A stretch of 64,000 nucleotides of DNA from Octopus vulgaris. Its lineage: Eukaryota. The first letter of the stretch is position 1. Each line of letters opens with the position of its first letter. The notes under the pieces are model-generated. The model saw nothing but the letters and a program-made list of their open reading frames with translations, was not told where the DNA came from and did not search any database. Shown here one piece after another: positions 63,059-64,000 of this stretch. The stretch is taken from the NCBI GenBank assembly GCA_951406725.2, contig OX597814.1:214334001-214398000 (forward strand). The letters run 5' to 3'. Both the position numbers and the translations under genes were made by a program.

Positions 63059-63198
63059 TGTGGCATCAGCATGACGTGCAAGAATTATGTCGGGTGATGT
63101 TTGATGCTCTTGAGCAGAATTGGAAACAGACTGACCAAGCACATCTAATTAACCACTTATACCAAGGCAAACTGAAGGATTATGTCAAATGTCTGCAG
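63059..63198 (+). CDS. USP47: USP47-like exon 8 ([20 protein letters not shown]...[13 protein letters not shown]); gene continues beyond window
   Basis: TAG acceptor, GT donor at 63199, phases 1/0, and the [10 protein letters not shown] box of USP domains. Confidence 0.95.
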
Positions 63199-63316
63199 GT
63201 AGATAACTTCACATTCTCCTTTCTTTTCTTTTCTTTTTTTTTTGTGGCATGAAGTAGGGGTGAATGTGTGGGGAGGGTGAGTAAAAAAAAAAAGAAGTTT
63301 ATTCTAATAAATACGT

Positions 63317-63479
63317 AGGTGCAGGAGTGGCTGTGTGGTAAGTAGCTTGCTTACCAACCACACGGTTCCAGGTTCAGTCCCACTGCGTGGCACCTTAGGG
63401 AAGTGTCTTCTACTATAGCCTCGGGCCAACCAAAGCCTTGAGAGTGGATTTGGTAGACGGAAACTGAAAGAAGCCTGTC

Positions 63480-63519
<40 letters not shown>

Positions 63520-63739
63520 GTGTGTGCGTCTCTGTGTTTGTCCCCCCAACATTGCTTGACAACCGATGCTGGTGTGTTTACGTCCCCGTCACATTAGCGG
63601 TTCGGCAAAAAGAGACTGATAGAATAAGTACTGGGCTTACAAAGAATAAGTCCCGGGGTCGATTTGCTCGACTAAAAAAGGCGGTGCTCCAGCATGGCCG
63701 CAGTCAAATGACCGAAACAAGTAAAAGAGTAAAAGAGTA
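63317..63739 (+). mobile_element. SINE family C
   Basis: Full-length + strand copy starting 118 bp after exon 8. Confidence 0.88.
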
Positions 63740-64000
63740 CAACTTTAATGTAATGTCATTGAGAGTTCTCACTTATCTAGCTCTAGTTCTGTTGCTTACA
63801 TTACTGCTATGTAAGACCAGCAAATAGAGAACAGTCCATGGTCTTTAGGCGCTGACTGTATTACATACACATTGTTACACCATTGAATTAACAATTTGAT
63901 GATGGATGCAGTGTTACCTGTCAGTCTGCTCAAAGTCTTTCTGCATTCACTTATGTACCCTATACATTGCAATATAGCTTGTGTATATATATATATTTCT

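Noticed and set aside
63059-63075. V-W-H in place of the recalled human A-W-Q before the QHD box as a sign of an inactive enzyme
   Set aside because: The QHDVQE core and catalytic Cys are intact, and these positions vary among USPs. The His box lies outside the window.

Overview
AT-rich eukaryotic animal genomic DNA. The repeat complement resembles coleoid cephalopod/octopus DNA, which is inferred from memory of SINE structures and not verified. The only host gene I can support is the 5' part of a USP47-like ubiquitin-specific protease on the + strand. Eight GT-AG exons join in frame: 521-559, 41337-41549, 51366-51509, 53428-53623, 56269-56365, 58773-58851, 62201-62267 and 63059-63198. They encode the N-terminal region, the catalytic Cys box and the QHD box, and the gene continues beyond the window. 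Intron 1 is about 40.8 kb. The introns contain tRNA-derived SINEs, decayed RTE- and CR1-type LINEs, a dead mariner, three non-autonomous Helitrons, and piggyBac-like and Merlin-like MITEs. They also hold two homogeneous tandem arrays (44 x 67 bp and 50 x 38 bp). The most notable points are: (i) both arrays are built from LINE sequence and sit at the 5'-truncated end of a LINE copy; (ii) an antisense minimal hammerhead-ribozyme motif in intron 7; (iii) an asymmetric foldback family with retrotransposon-like long target-site duplications (TSDs); (iv) inverted SINE pairs bracketing frame-preserving exon blocks, which are circRNA or editing candidates. The long ORFs in the supplied track are repeat artefacts. 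No CRISPR array, rRNA or genuine tRNA was found.
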